DNA of 64,000 nt from Prasinococcaceae sp. CCMP 1430. Taxonomy: Eukaryota; Plantae; Prasinodermophyta. The notes under the pieces were generated by a model. That model saw nothing but the letters and a program-made list of their open reading frames with translations, ran no database searches and was not told where the DNA came from. The stretch lies in the NCBI GenBank assembly GCA_013416795.1, contig RQSC01000008.1:70767-134766 (forward strand), given 5' to 3'. Positions 1 to 12,772 of this stretch are shown here, piece after piece. The translations under genes were made by a program, and so were the position numbers. Positions within the stretch are counted from its first letter, which is position 1; each line of letters begins with the position of its first letter.

Positions 1-1698
1 GGCGACGCAGCCCTCCTCCAGGCCGAGTCCGACGGCACCACGGGCCATCGCTGGCACGAACTCGTGCTCGTCCGGACGTACGGCCAGGTACTCCCTGCGC
101 CACTCTTCGCTCAGCATGTGGCCCGTCACCGTCGCGGAGCCGTATTCGACGCTGTGCCAGAGGAGCACTTCCGACTCGCTCCTGTCCCGCAGCTCCAAGG
201 GGAAAAACTTGTCTCGAACTTCCGCGCTCGCCTCGGACGCCCATCGGCGCGCGTCAGCGCTTCCAGCGCGCAGACCCTCGGCTCGCTCGAGCAGCGCAGC
301 CGCGTGGCGCCGCTGCGTTTGAGCCTTCTTGAATATTCGCTCCAGCGGGGCAGGCAGTCCGTCGGGCGCCTTATACATGCACGCAAGAACGCCCGTGTCC
401 AAGAGCCTCTCGCATTTTTCGAGGAGATCCAGCGCAGCCGCCAGGTGCCTGTCCTCGATGCCGGGCAGAGCTGCGTCGCCGGCAGGCACGCCCGCTCCGC
501 GATGCGCGAGCCGTGCGCACGCACCGACCGCCACAGGGATGGCGCGAAGCAGGGTGGGCACCGCACCGGAGCCAGGCTCGACGGGCAGCACCTTCAGCGC
601 GCGAAGCGCAAGGGTTACCTCTTGGCCGCTCGCATCCTTGTCCTGCACGCGGGCACGGGGGCGCGGGTGAGCCCAGCAGCGTCGGGCCCGGAAGATGTCA
701 GCATTGATGAGCGGCATTCGCAAGAGGGCAAGAGGCTGCGCCGCGCATTGCTCTGCGTCGGGGCTCGCGCAACGCACCACAAGCGCCATTAGCAGCGCGT
801 CCATCGCGTCGCGTGCATACGGCGACACCTGTCGCGCCTGCTTCCCGTTTTCCCCCTTGCATGAGACGGACAAGTGTACAGCCACCGCACCCTCCACGAC
901 CGCGAGAGCAGCTGCGCGGCCAAGCCGCGTCCAGCTGCCCTCGCCTGCACCATTGACTTGCACTCCGGCAGCCTCAGCCAAAATTCTGCACCACGCGCTG
1001 GACCACGGCAGCTGCCATGCCGTGGCTGACGGCCCCCGGCCCAGCAGTTCGGCGAGCTGTGCACCAAGGACAAGGTCACCAGGCGCGCGGCGGTTGCGCA
1101 AAGCTCGCAGTAGTGTCACAGCGCGGGCGGGGGGACCGTGCCTTGCGCGAGGATTGCGCACGTCGAGTACGCCGTCTATTCTCTCCAGAAAGTTCCGCTC
1201 CCCGTTCTCAGTGAGTGAATGCTGCTGGACCTCGACCCTTTCCGCCTCGCGTTCGTGCTGCCGGCGGCAGTGGTGGTCATGCTGGCCTTGGTCCTGATGC
1301 TGCTGATGTTGCTGTGGCTGCTGGTGCTGTTGGTGCTGCTGCTGCCGCGGGCGCGGGGCGTCCAGCTGCGCGGGTTCTCGAAGTGGCGCCAGCTCTGGTG
1401 TGCCTGCATGCTTAAGTTTGGCCTTCCCTTTGTCGCGTGTCGCCGGGGAGTGCCTCGGCGAATGATCCAGCGCGCAAGGCGACTCTGGGGGCAGACGGTG
1501 CCGCTGCTCGGGCGAGCCCGCCAGCGCCTGCGTACACGGCAGCTGGGAGCCGACAGCCCCTCGGCTCGTGCCTGGTCGCTCGCCGCTGTTGCTCCCGCCC
1601 GTGGGCGCGGCCTGCGACTCCCTACCCCCCTGCTGCTGCTGCACGGCCTCCGTCGTGCGCCGTACCCCCTCAGGCGGCGACCAGAGCGGCGCGCTCAT
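1..1698 (-). CDS. Hypothetical protein, at least 566 aa, with a Gln/His-rich low-complexity N-terminal part; runs off the window start
   Basis: By manual translation the minus frame is open from ATG at 1698 (MSAPLWSPPEG...QQQHQQHQQPQQHQQHQDQGQHDHH...) to position 1. It is absent from the ORF track because there is no stop in the window. No family recognised. Confidence 0.6.
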   Translation of the reverse strand, partial: MSAPLWSPPEGVRRTTEAVQQQQGGRESQAAPTGGSNSGERPGTSRGAVGSQLPCTQALAGSPEQRHRLPPESPCALDHSPRHSPATRDKGKAKLKHAGTPELAPLREPAQLDAPRPRQQQHQQHQQPQQHQQHQDQGQHDHHCRRQHEREAERVEVQQHSLTENGERNFLERIDGVLDVRNPRARHGPPARAVTLLRALRNRRAPGDLVLGAQLAELLGRGPSATAWQLPWSSAWCRILAEAAGVQVNGAGEGSWTRLGRAAALAVVEGAVAVHLSVSCKGENGKQARQVSPYARDAMDALLMALVVRCASPDAEQCAAQPLALLRMPLINADIFRARRCWAHPRPRARVQDKDASGQEVTLALRALKVLPVEPGSGAVPTLLRAIPVAVGACARLAHRGAGVPAGDAALPGIEDRHLAAALDLLEKCERLLDTGVLACMYKAPDGLPAPLERIFKKAQTQRRHAAALLERAEGLRAGSADARRWASEASAEVRDKFFPLELRDRSESEVLLWHSVEYGSATVTGHMLSEEWRREYLAVRPDEHEFVPAMARGAVGLGLEEGCVA

Positions 1699-2003
1699 GC
1701 CGCAAGACGTCCACAGCGGGGGGCGCGCCGTTTCGTCGCGGCGCGGAGGGCACGCACCACGGGGCCTGCGCAGCTAGCTCCGCTTGCCCAAGCGCGGTCC
1801 CAACCCCTCGATGCTTCCAACTCACCCGACGCGCACGCTCTCTCGAGCCTCCCCCCAACACCACCCTCCCCCCGTCCGCGCGCTGTCCGCGCGCCCTGTG
1901 GCTGCGCCCGCGTGCGGGCGCAGGTGCGGGCGCAGGTGCGGGAGAGGTACATGTACAATGTAAATTGATATACACGAGCACCTGTAGAGAGGCACAGTAG
2001 CAA

Positions 2004-5000
2004 TCATTCGCGCGCGTGCTCAAAGACGACATCGGTGCGAAGTAGCAACTTCGGCGTCTCGCCACGCACAAGGGCGCCCTCGTGCAGCATCTGCGCGTGG
2101 CAGCCCCCTCGCGCGCCGTGAGGAAACACCAGGGCATCGCCTGCACGGCCGCGCACGCGCGCGACAGCCTCGTGCGCGACGCAGCCCCCGCCTGCCGCCA
2201 AGGTGAGACCGCGGCGAGAGAGAGCACGTGCACGCTCTGGAGCGTGGGTGCATGCACGCCCGTGCCCGTGTACACTGCCGCCAGGGCCTAGCGGTCGGAA
2301 GAAGGTCGTCTCGCCGCCACCGTAGGAATCGTTTAGGTAGAACACGACGCTGTACGCGGTAAAGGATACCTCGGCGCTGTCGCCACCGCGCGAGCTGTGT
2401 CGTCCGCCCGCATCTGACGAGGGCGCAATCTCGCGCTCCACGTAGGGGCGATCATGGTGTGCGATGCTTTTTGTGCCCGGCAGGTAGCGGTACAGGCGCA
2501 GGCGAGGCGACAGCTCGTGGCCAGTTTTTGCCAACGGGGTGCCGTCGCGAGCGCCCTTCCCCGCGCGCGGGGGCAGCAGCGACCGAAGACGAGCACACAA
2601 CGGGGCGAGCTCCGCTTGGGACACACCCCACGCCACCGGTTCCACAGGGCGAGCAGGGCGGCCGTCGATACCGTCGGTGGGCGACAGCAGGGAGAGCGGG
2701 TCGGAGAGGACCATCGTGCACGACGCCTCGGCACCAGATGCACGCAAAGACTCGGCACGTGCCGCACGCCGCGGAACGGGGACGTGTGGATCAACGTGAC
2801 TGCTCGTGCCATCGCTGGTACCGCTGCAGGGGCGCGCACGGGAAACGTGTCAGCGGGGACTGGCGCGCAGCATTTTGGAAAGTGATCACGGCCGCGCTCG
2901 GCCGCGCTCGCACCTCCCGCTACTACCCCCGGGCTGCAGTGCCACGGTCACCCTCGCAAGGGCTGCACATTCATCGCAGGTGAGCGCACCGCGGATTAGA
3001 AATGCTCCATCCACTTCCGCCACATCCTCACGCGTTGGCGGGGTCACGGGCGATGCGCACCAGCGGACCACGTTCGCAAGCGACGGCAGAGGCCTGTGCT
3101 CATTAGTAGCTGGATGGCACGAGTGTGCCGTCTGCAGCTCCGAGAGATTGCGTGCACCCTCGCTCGCAGCGGGCGATGATTGCAAACATTTCAACGCGCC
3201 CGTGCAAGCCCGCAGCGCGCTGGCGTGATTGTCCTCGGAGCAGCTGTCGCCATGGTCCTTTTCGCGTGTGTGTGAGCTGCCGTCGGTCGGTTGCCATTCA
3301 GCCAGCGCACGCAGGCCGTGCTCGTGCAGCGACCACCAGTCCCCGAGAAGCGGATGGCCGGCACTCGTGACTAAACGTTCACGGCTGCCGACGCCTGCGC
3401 GCGCCTCGAGGTCGCGCAAGATCGCCTCTGCTGAGGTGCTGCAGAGCGCGTGCACGCGCGTGCCGGCGGTAGTCATTGTCAGAAGCAGGCCACGAGTGCA
3501 CGTTAGTTGAGTACTAATGTCCGCAGGTGCGTACATACGCACCTTTGTGCTGCGAGCTGCCGAGGTGTACGTCCGAACATGTCGCGAGCTTCGGTGTCGG
3601 CGCCCGCGTCAAGTAGTGCAGCGTAGGCGCCTACTGCGCCCTCGCGGATCGCGGCCGCAACTTTGCGCGCATGCGCGGCGGGCGCCGCGCGATACGCTGC
3701 GCGGCGTCGCAGCTTTTCCGCCTTGCGCAGCTGCTTCAAACGCTGACGCTTGCTCAACGCGGGCGCAGGTGCGTCTGCACATTCACTGCCGAGGCTCGAG
3801 ACGGCGGCGCCGGTGTCTCCAGAGCGTGCGCGCTCGAGCACATGACCTCCGCCGACGTGGCCATCACTGGCACCTCCACCTGTGCCCTCCTCCCCATGCA
3901 TGTGCACTGGCTCTGTGTCGTCCCCCTCCGGACGCTCGCGTCCTTCGCCCCCCCGCGCGATGGCCGCTGCCGCTCGGTGTAGCGCAGTCATCCCCCACCC
4001 ATCGCGCTGATTGGCGCGCGCCCCGCGCCCCAGCAGGTGGCGCACCATGATTGTTTTCCCCGCCGACGCGGCGATGTGCAGCGGCGGCCCCGCCGCGCTC
4101 TCCTGCGTGACGTAGTACTCATCCGCCGATAGCACGCGCTCGAGCAGCAGGACATCCCCCGATGCAACTGCTCCGTAAAAGGTAAGTGGGGGAAATCTGG
4201 GCTCCGGTGCCAGACGGTGAGTGGCAACCCCACTCGCATCGCCGGATGCGAATGCGAGCGCCGACGGCACACGTGGCGGTGGTGGAGGCGGTGGCACACG
4301 ACCAAAGCACTCGCGAAGCTGTCCCATCAGCCAGTCGGCCAGCTCGGTGTGGCCCTCAACACGCGCGAGCGTGTCCGGGGTGAAACCTTCGAGGTCACGA
4401 GACGCGTGACGACGGCCTAGGCCGAGATCCTGGGCACGCGAGAGCAGCCAAGCGCACACATCGCGCTTGCCACGCTGTGCGGCTTTGTGCAGCACCGAGT
4501 GGCCGTTGGCGTTCACGGCCGCGAAAGCGGCACCCCGAGTGCGCAGCAGCTCCATCGCGTCCTCACCACTTACGCCCTGTGCGCACCACATCACCGCCGA
4601 GCAGCCATGGACATTGCAGGCGCCAACGTCGGCGCCACACTCGTCCGCGAGCCAGCGCATCACCTGCACGCGCGGCGCGTACATCAGCACGAGTGCACGC
4701 GCACTTGGTCGCAAGCAGGAATCGAGGGACGCCGATTTGCGCGGCCAGTCACTGCGCCCTTACCTCGATCTGCCCTGTCCACGAGGCCCACGCAAATGCT
4801 GTCGTCCCATCATCAGTCGCTGCGTTCACGTCGCAGCCGCGCTCCTCGACCAGGTAACGGCACACACGTATATGACCATTGCGGGCGGCCCAGTGCAACG
4901 CCGTTCTGCCTGCATAAGAGCGCCGGCCGCGCTGGGCGCACTCGCGCGCGCGAGGGTCCACACCAAGCTCCTCGCAAAGCACACGCACGGCACCCAGGTG

Positions 5001-6256
5001 ACCTCCGCCCGCGGCCCACAGCAGCGCGCCTGCGCCTCGCGTATCGCGGGCCGTGCACGCATCCCAGCCGGCTGCGGCGGCATCGCGGAGTCCCTCTTCA
5101 TCGCCCGCGCGCGCGGCCTGCAAGAAAGTGCGGGATGCGCGCATGCGCAGTCGGGCGCGTTTGATGGCACGGGCGCGGGCGAGCTCGTGCGCGTCAGCAG
5201 GTGAGCGCACGAGGCCGTGCACACGAGCGCGGGGAAGCACACGCGTGGCCGCAGGCAAACGAGCGCACCTCGAGCCCCGCATCGGGCATCGCACAGATGC
5301 GCCTCTGCGCGACCAGCTTCGCGAGCGCGCCTCGGTCACCTGCACGCGCGGCCGCAAGGCCGCTCTCCAGGTCCACGGGATCAAGCTTTCCACTGGGTGC
5401 CTCGGCTGCACTCGCTCGCACGCCCACACCATCGCCTCCCGGTGCGCGCCCGTCCGCTCCAGGCACGAGCTCGGCCGGCGAGAGGCCTGGCGTATGCGCC
5501 GCGAGCGCAGTGGCAGCTGCGGTGGCCTCCTCCACTGCCGCGGTGTGTGCTCCGCCGTGCGCGGTTTTGATATGCCACCACAGCGCCGTTTCTCCGCGCA
5601 GGAACCTGCCGCATTCGCGGCACTGGACCTCGCCTGTGCGTCCGCGAGGAGCGCGTTGTCAGCACGCGTGCATGCGCACTCGGCGTGGCGACATGTGACA
5701 ATGATGTGGCGGAGGGCTGGCGTGCGCGGCGCAGGCGTGCACGCGCACCTCGCCCATCTCGGCGCCGCGCCGCGAGCGCAGCAGACGTCATCGCGAGCGC
5801 CCCCCCCCCCGCGACGAGACGCGCGTGCGCAACCGCGGACCGCGGCACCGCCTCGAGCAGCATCTCGCCGACCTGCACGAGCGTCAGCGCGCGTCGCACG
5901 CCGTAGTCTGACACGAACGTCGCTGTCGGCTCGGCGTGCCCATGCGACCCGCCATGTGCGTGCGTGCACTCCGCAGCGTTGTCATGGCCGCCGCCGCTGG
6001 CACGCGCAGCACTCGCGCGCGCGAGGCCAAAGAGCGCTGCTGGCGCAGCTGACTCGAGGTCGATGCACGCGCCGTCACCGCTGCCCCCGCCAGCCCCAGC
6101 ACGTCGCACAGCGCAGCAGGCGGCTGCGTCGAGCCTCTCCCACCCTTCCGCGGGCGTGTGCAGTTCGCGCGCTGCCGCAGAAATGGCGGCGCCGACCGCC
6201 GCGGCGGCGGAGGCGAGCTCTGCAGGTGACGCCACCTGCGCGCTGCCGGTGCCCAT
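2004..6256 (-). CDS. Six-exon fusion protein: C2H2 zinc finger + two ankyrin-repeat blocks + C-terminal prolyl-4-hydroxylase-like 2OG-Fe(II) dioxygenase
   Basis: Exons 6256-5749, 5633-5269, 5117-4764, 4663-3544, 3438-2914 and 2823-2004 are joined by GT..AG introns that all keep frame. Motifs: CRECGRFLRGETALWWHIKTAH; ankyrins GRTALHWAARNGH, GHSVLHKAAQRG, GPPLHIAASAG; dioxygenase LRLYRY..AHHD, YSVVFYLND..GGETTF, MLHEG, KLLLRTDVVF. Confidence 0.8.
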
Positions 6257-6690
6257 GCCTCGCCCCACCTCGCGTGGCCGTCGGCGCGCGGCTGCCGGAG
6301 CGCGGCCGCCGGCGCGGCCGCCGGCGCGGCCGCCTGAGCTCGCTTGGTGCCACGGCGCCGCGGTGCCGCTACGTGGCTGTCTGGGTACGTGCGCGCGCGC
6401 CTGCCCACTTGTGCGTGAGCGCGAGCTCGCGAGTGGGTGATGGGCAGGTGGCGGTGAGGCGCGCAGCCGGCGGCTCGGCGTGGCAGCGACGGGGGTCTCA
6501 CGCAGGACCTGAATTGAATGCACGTACAGTACATTTTATGGTGAAGTGAAAGGAGTAGCTGATCGATATCAAACTCCAAATTTAGTCTAGGTGCCGCAGT
6601 AATTTGCTACAGCACTGGATGCGTGTTGAGCCTGCCCGCGCGACGGCGCCCGCGACGGCGCCCGCGCAAGCTGGACGGCGCGTCGCGCAA

Positions 6691-7754
6691 TCAGCCGCGC
6701 TTGAGCGCCGCAAAGCGCGCCTCCAGCTCATCGAGCTCATCAGGCGGGGGTGGCGGGGCAGAGGCGGGCGGCGCGAGCGGCTGCGTTGCGGGCGGCGGCT
6801 CGCCCGCCACGCCTTCGGCGGCAGGCGACGATGGCAGCGCTGAGCTGCCTGCCTGCACCTTGAGCACGTCGTCCAGAGTCGGGCATGCGGCTGCCTTATT
6901 GTCGGCCGCCGTGTCCTTGGAACGTTCTTGAGCCTGCTTCTCATCAGCCTGCGATATGGGCAGCGCGTCCTGCTGCTGCTGAGGGGGCATGTTTTGCGCG
7001 GCCGCCGGGCCCACTGCCTTCCCCCCGTCTTCTGTGCCACACGCCACGCCGTCACCGAAGTCGTCGGTGGCGGCCGGAGGCGCCATACCCTGCACGTGCT
7101 CCAACCCAGCTGGCAGCGCGGCTGGCTGTCCGACTTGCACTGCCATCGTGCCCGGCGCGGGCGCGTAGGTGAGCTGCACGGGTTGCGCCATGAGCACCTC
7201 TGGCTGCGGCTGCTGTGTCACGTACACCACCTGCTGCTGAGGAATGGGCGGCGCCTGCATAGTGCCCTGCAAGACTGGCTGCACCATCTGCTGTGGGGCC
7301 GGCTGCGGTAGCATCGACGCGGCCTCCGACACCTGTGAGGGCCTGGGTGTCCTCCCCGCGAGCAGCTTAACTCGAGCTGCCTCGGCATCCCATGTGACGT
7401 TGTGCTCCTCAGCGATTGCCTGCAGGCGCTCGAATTTGACCGCAGGGTCGGGCGAGCGCACGGTAAGCCACTCGCGGAGGTCGGGGTTGAGGTACATGGG
7501 AGTGGTCTCCTGCACCCACTCTTTCGTGTACTTTGCGGCGAGCTCCTTGCGGATCACCAGCAGCTCAGGGAGGTCGGACACGGTTGGCGCAGCGAACACG
7601 AGGCTCGCGACGGCCTCGCGCATGTCCTCGGGGCACGTCTGCGAGCCGACACGAGCGACAAGCGCGGTGAGCGGCGTTGGGTGTCAGCAGGGATGGCTTC
7701 GAGGGGTTGGTGAGCAAAGCGCGCGGAAGGCAACGAACGGTGGAGGCCGGCAGG

Positions 7755-7792
<38 letters not shown>

Positions 7793-8096
7793 TGACGCCC
7801 CTTCAACCCCACTCGCTCACCTTCTCCTTCTCAATGAGCGCCATGCGCACGGAGAGCAGCTCTGCGTAGAGCTCGATGAGCTCGAATGCCTTCAGAAGCG
7901 CCTCCTCCTGAAGCACGGACTCCACCTTGATCGCGGCATTTTCGAGCTTGCCAGCGGCGAGCATCTCGGCGACGCCCTTGCGTGTCGCCTTATTCGCCAG
8001 CTCCTTCTTGTTCTTCTGCAGCCTCTTGCGGCCGATGACCATCTGCAGCTGCGCCTTGCAGCGCGATGCCTTGAAGCTGTAGCTGAAGAGCCCCAT
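6691..8096 (-). CDS. IST1: IST1-like ESCRT-III/Vps4 regulator, 2 exons, with a Pro/Gln-rich tail
   Basis: MGLFSYSFKASRCKAQLQMVIGR..., LLKAFELIELYAELLSVRM | TCPEDMREAVASLVFAA..DLPELLVIRKELAAKY. Intron 7639-7820. C-terminal DELDELEARFAALKRG resembles a MIT-interacting motif. Confidence 0.9.
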
Positions 8097-9080
8097 TGCG
8101 CCCCTTCTGCCCCCACGGCGGCGCCCACAGCCCGGCCTCGCAACCGACTCACCCCCTGTGGGCGCCACTCCTGCCAGCCCTCCCTTCCCGCCGCTTTGCG
8201 CCCAGCGCCACCCCCGCGGCGCGGCGCGCGCGAAGCCGCGGGGACCCAACCAGCCTGGCCCTCTCGCTCCGCCCCCCCCCTCGCTTTCCCCCGCTCCCTA
8301 CGCGGGCGCCGTGGGTCCCCCGGCGCGGCGGCGGTGCGGTGTGTGGCGCCGACGCCCCATCGCGGCGCTCGCGCTTCCGCTCGCGCGCAGCAGGCTCACC
8401 TTCGCGCCCGCGCATTTCGCCGCGCGGCGGCCGCGGGCGGACCACCGCCAGCAAGAGCCTCCGTGATACTCTCGCGCGCCCTCAACGCGCGGTCCGCGCA
8501 CGCGCACACCTTCCGCGAAATGCCGCCCAGCTGGCGCAGGCGGCGCGCCTCCTGCCGCGCGGATGCGAGGGTGTGGGTGGGGGGGGAAACGGAAACGGAA
8601 CAAACAAACAAAAAACGCCAGAAAATGCGATGGAAAAGCACGTCATCATCAGGGGCAGAGCGGGGTTACACCACAAACGCAGCCGCCAAAGCAGGCACCG
8701 GCAATGCGTCCGAGGGAACACACGAGTATGCATTCTGACCTGGGAGAAGGGAAGCTGTACGTATTTTTTGTTTTTTCCCCCGGGCAGGCGTTGATGGTCA
8801 TCAACAGCGCACTTTTTTTTTTTTTTGGACCGCCCGGCACGTGCTGGCGCAGTGCATTCCGAACGATGGGCGCGCGGACGCTGTCCATCATTTTCCAGGT
8901 CGTTTTTCGGTCACCTCGCGGTTCGGCTCGCCGCGCGCTCGCGGGACGCAGGTGCGCACGGTGTTGCGCCGGGACCACAGCGGCGCGGCGCGACGCGTGT
9001 CCCCCCCCCCTCCCTCTCGCCGTCCCCGCGCGCGCGAGACAGGCGCGCGCGCGCGAGTTCTCGGCGCAGGACCCATCGCC

Positions 9081-10374
9081 ATGTCGCCGGAGTAGTACGT
9101 GGGCGCACGCACGCACGCCGCGCCGCGCGCGCATTATTCCCGCCGCGCGGCTGTTTGGGGGGTGCGCTCCTTCGCGTCCGCCGGCGAGCGAAAAAGAAGC
9201 GCGCGCGCCGCGCGCGCGTCGGCGGGTGCAGGCGCGAGAAGATGGCTTTCGCACACCGGTCTTTGCAGGCGCGGCGCTGCGCGCGGGGAGCGCGGCGTCT
9301 GGCGCCCCCCTTCTGCCACCGCGCTTGCCTCCTCCTTATCCCACGCGGCGCGCGGTGCCGCGCCCAAGTGCCGTCTCGTGTGCGCCGTGCCGCGAACCGC
9401 CCTGCGCACCCGGGTGGCCCGGCTGGCGCTCGCTGTGCGCGGCAGATGCTTTCGTGCCGGCCGCGACCTAAGCGCACACGGGCGCGTACTGGCGCGGCCT
9501 GTTGGTGGGGCTGCTGGGCACCGGCGGGCGCAGCGCGCGGCAGGACGGCGCCTTGTTTGGCATGGGCCCGCGGGCGCCCCGGCCTGCGCTCGTCCCGGTC
9601 CCTGCTTGCGCTCCGTGGCCGGCGATCTATCGTGCTAGTTTTTTTGGCCTCCCGCCATGCCTGGACCTGCTCCTCGCCTCTCTGCTGCACGCGCTGACAA
9701 AGTGCGTCGCCCCTCGCCGGCACCTCGCCCGCTCACCTCCCACCCTGCATCCCACGCGACGCGTGCCTCCCGCTTGCAGTGATTACCTCTTCAAGCTGCT
9801 GCTGATTGGCGACAGCGGCGTCGGCAAGTCGTGCCTTCTGCTGCGCTTCGCCGACGACACGTACACTGAGTCGTACATCAGCACCATCGGAGTGGACTTC
9901 AAGATCCGCACCGTGGACCTGGATGGGAAGACCATCAAGCTGCAGATCTGGGACACCGCCGGCCAGGAGCGCTTCCGCACCATCACGAGCAGCTACTACC
10001 GCGGCGCGCACGGCATCATCGTAGTGTACGATGTGACCGACATGGAGTCGTTCAACAACGTCAAGCAGTGGCTGAACGAGATCGACCGGTACGCGAGCGA
10101 GAGCGTCAACAAGTTGCTGGTGGGCAACAAGTCCGACCTTACGTCCAAGAAGCAGGTGGACACGCAGACGGCCAAGGCCTTCGCCGACGAGATCGGCATC
10201 CCCTTCCTCGAGACGTCTGCCAAGAACTCGACCAACGTCGAGCAGGCTTTCATGACCATGGCGGGCGAGATCAAGAAGCGCATGGCGTCGCAGCCCACCG
10301 TCAGCAAGCCCGCTGGCGGCGTTGCGCTCGGGAGCGGCAAGGCGGTGAAGTCATCCTCCAGCAGCTGTTGCTAG
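9081..10374 (+). CDS. RAB1: Rab1/Ypt1 (RabD) small GTPase, 2 exons
   Basis: Exon 1 ATGTCGCCGGAGTA (9081-9094), intron 9095-9779, giving [22 protein letters not shown]. Also [32 protein letters not shown] and a C-terminal CC prenylation motif. Confidence 0.97.
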
Positions 10375-10967
10375 AGGTGTGCGGGGTAGCGCGCAGGGCG
10401 CACACACGCCGTCGCAGGACCGCGCACGTCGCACGTGCGCGCATGTCGCGCAGCCCGCGCGTCGGCGTGCGGGATGTGATGGCGACTGGCAGGTGCGGGA
10501 CGGCGCGAACGGGTGCGCCTCGGTGGGCGAGGTGCGCACGGCTGGCCCGAACGCGCCGCCGCACGTGGACGCAGCTTCGCCACGTGCTAGCGGGACTGTG
10601 CGAGGCGCGCGCTCGCCGCTTGCGCCGCGCAGACGCGCAGCGGAATTGATGCTGCGCGGCTCTCGTGGACTGCTCGGGCACGCGACCTGGCCGCCGGCGC
10701 GGACGGGCTTCCACCCACTTTGTGATATGTGATAAAGTCTGCAATAACAGATGCTGGCGTCGAGCGCCGCGCCGCGCGCCCGTGCCCGTCCGCCAACGCT
10801 CGTCGCCACCCTGGCGTCTGCGCCGCTCATCCATGCGCCGGCGATGTGCGCGTCGCCAGCGCTGGCTTGGGCGTGCGCTCGCCATGCATGCGCATGCATG
10901 GCGGCGATGCGATGCGATGGCATGCCACGGCGCGCCGCGTCCACATGTGGGCGATGCGGGAGAAAAA

Positions 10968-11992
<1,025 letters not shown>

Positions 11993-12010
11993 TGGCACGC
12001 CGGCGCCGCC

Positions 12011-12166
12011 NNNNNNNNNNNNNNNNNNNNNNNNNNNNNNNNNNNNNNNNNNNNNNNNNNNNNNNNNNNNNNNNNNNNNNNNNNNNNNNNNNNNNNNNNN
12101 NNNNNNNNNNNNNNNNNNNNNNNNNNNNNNNNNNNNNNNNNNNNNNNNNNNNNNNNNNNNNNNNNN
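12011..12166. other. Assembly gap (N run)
   Basis: 156 Ns. Confidence 1.
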
Positions 12167-12772
12167 CCGCGAGCGGCCCATCGGACGCGCGCGCCACGCG
12201 CGCGCCGCGAAAGATTTAGATTTTCGCGCACGCCCGCGCGACGCGCGGCGCGCGGACGCGCACGCACGCAAAAACACATCAAAACAAAAACCCACACACA
12301 AAAGTTTTGGCTCGTCGCATCGCGCCGCAGCGCGCGCGCGCGCGGCCGGCCGGCCTCGCGAGGCCAGGATCGGATAAACATGAAAAAAAAAAGAAAAAGG
12401 AAAGGGAAAAGCAAAGGCGAAAGCGGGCGCCGAGCGACCCTGCGGCCGGGTCGTCGCGTCCTGCGCGCGGGTGTTTCTTTGGCGCGCGCGCGCGCGAAAA
12501 GCGTGGGCGGACGGCCTCGCGGAGCGCGAGCGCATTCGCGCGCGGGAGGCGCGCGCTTTGAGGTGCGTGCGGATACGGAGTTTTCGCGGGGAGCAACTCC
12601 GCGAAAACGCGGCGGTTCCCGTTCCCGCCAGCAGCAGCGCTGCGCGCGCTGCGCGCGGAAAAGAAGTGCGCGCGCGGCGCGCGCGCGCGCGCGCGCGCGA
12701 GGGCGAGGGCTCGCGCACCTCCATGGCGCCGCGCGCCGCGCCCCACCCGCGCGACCGCTGATGGGCCCGCAG

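Noticed and set aside
12380-12772. First exon of the coiled-coil gene using the donor at about 12562
   Set aside because: That donor is phase 2 in the obvious frame while the acceptor at 12772 needs phase 1; the spliced product hits a stop quickly.
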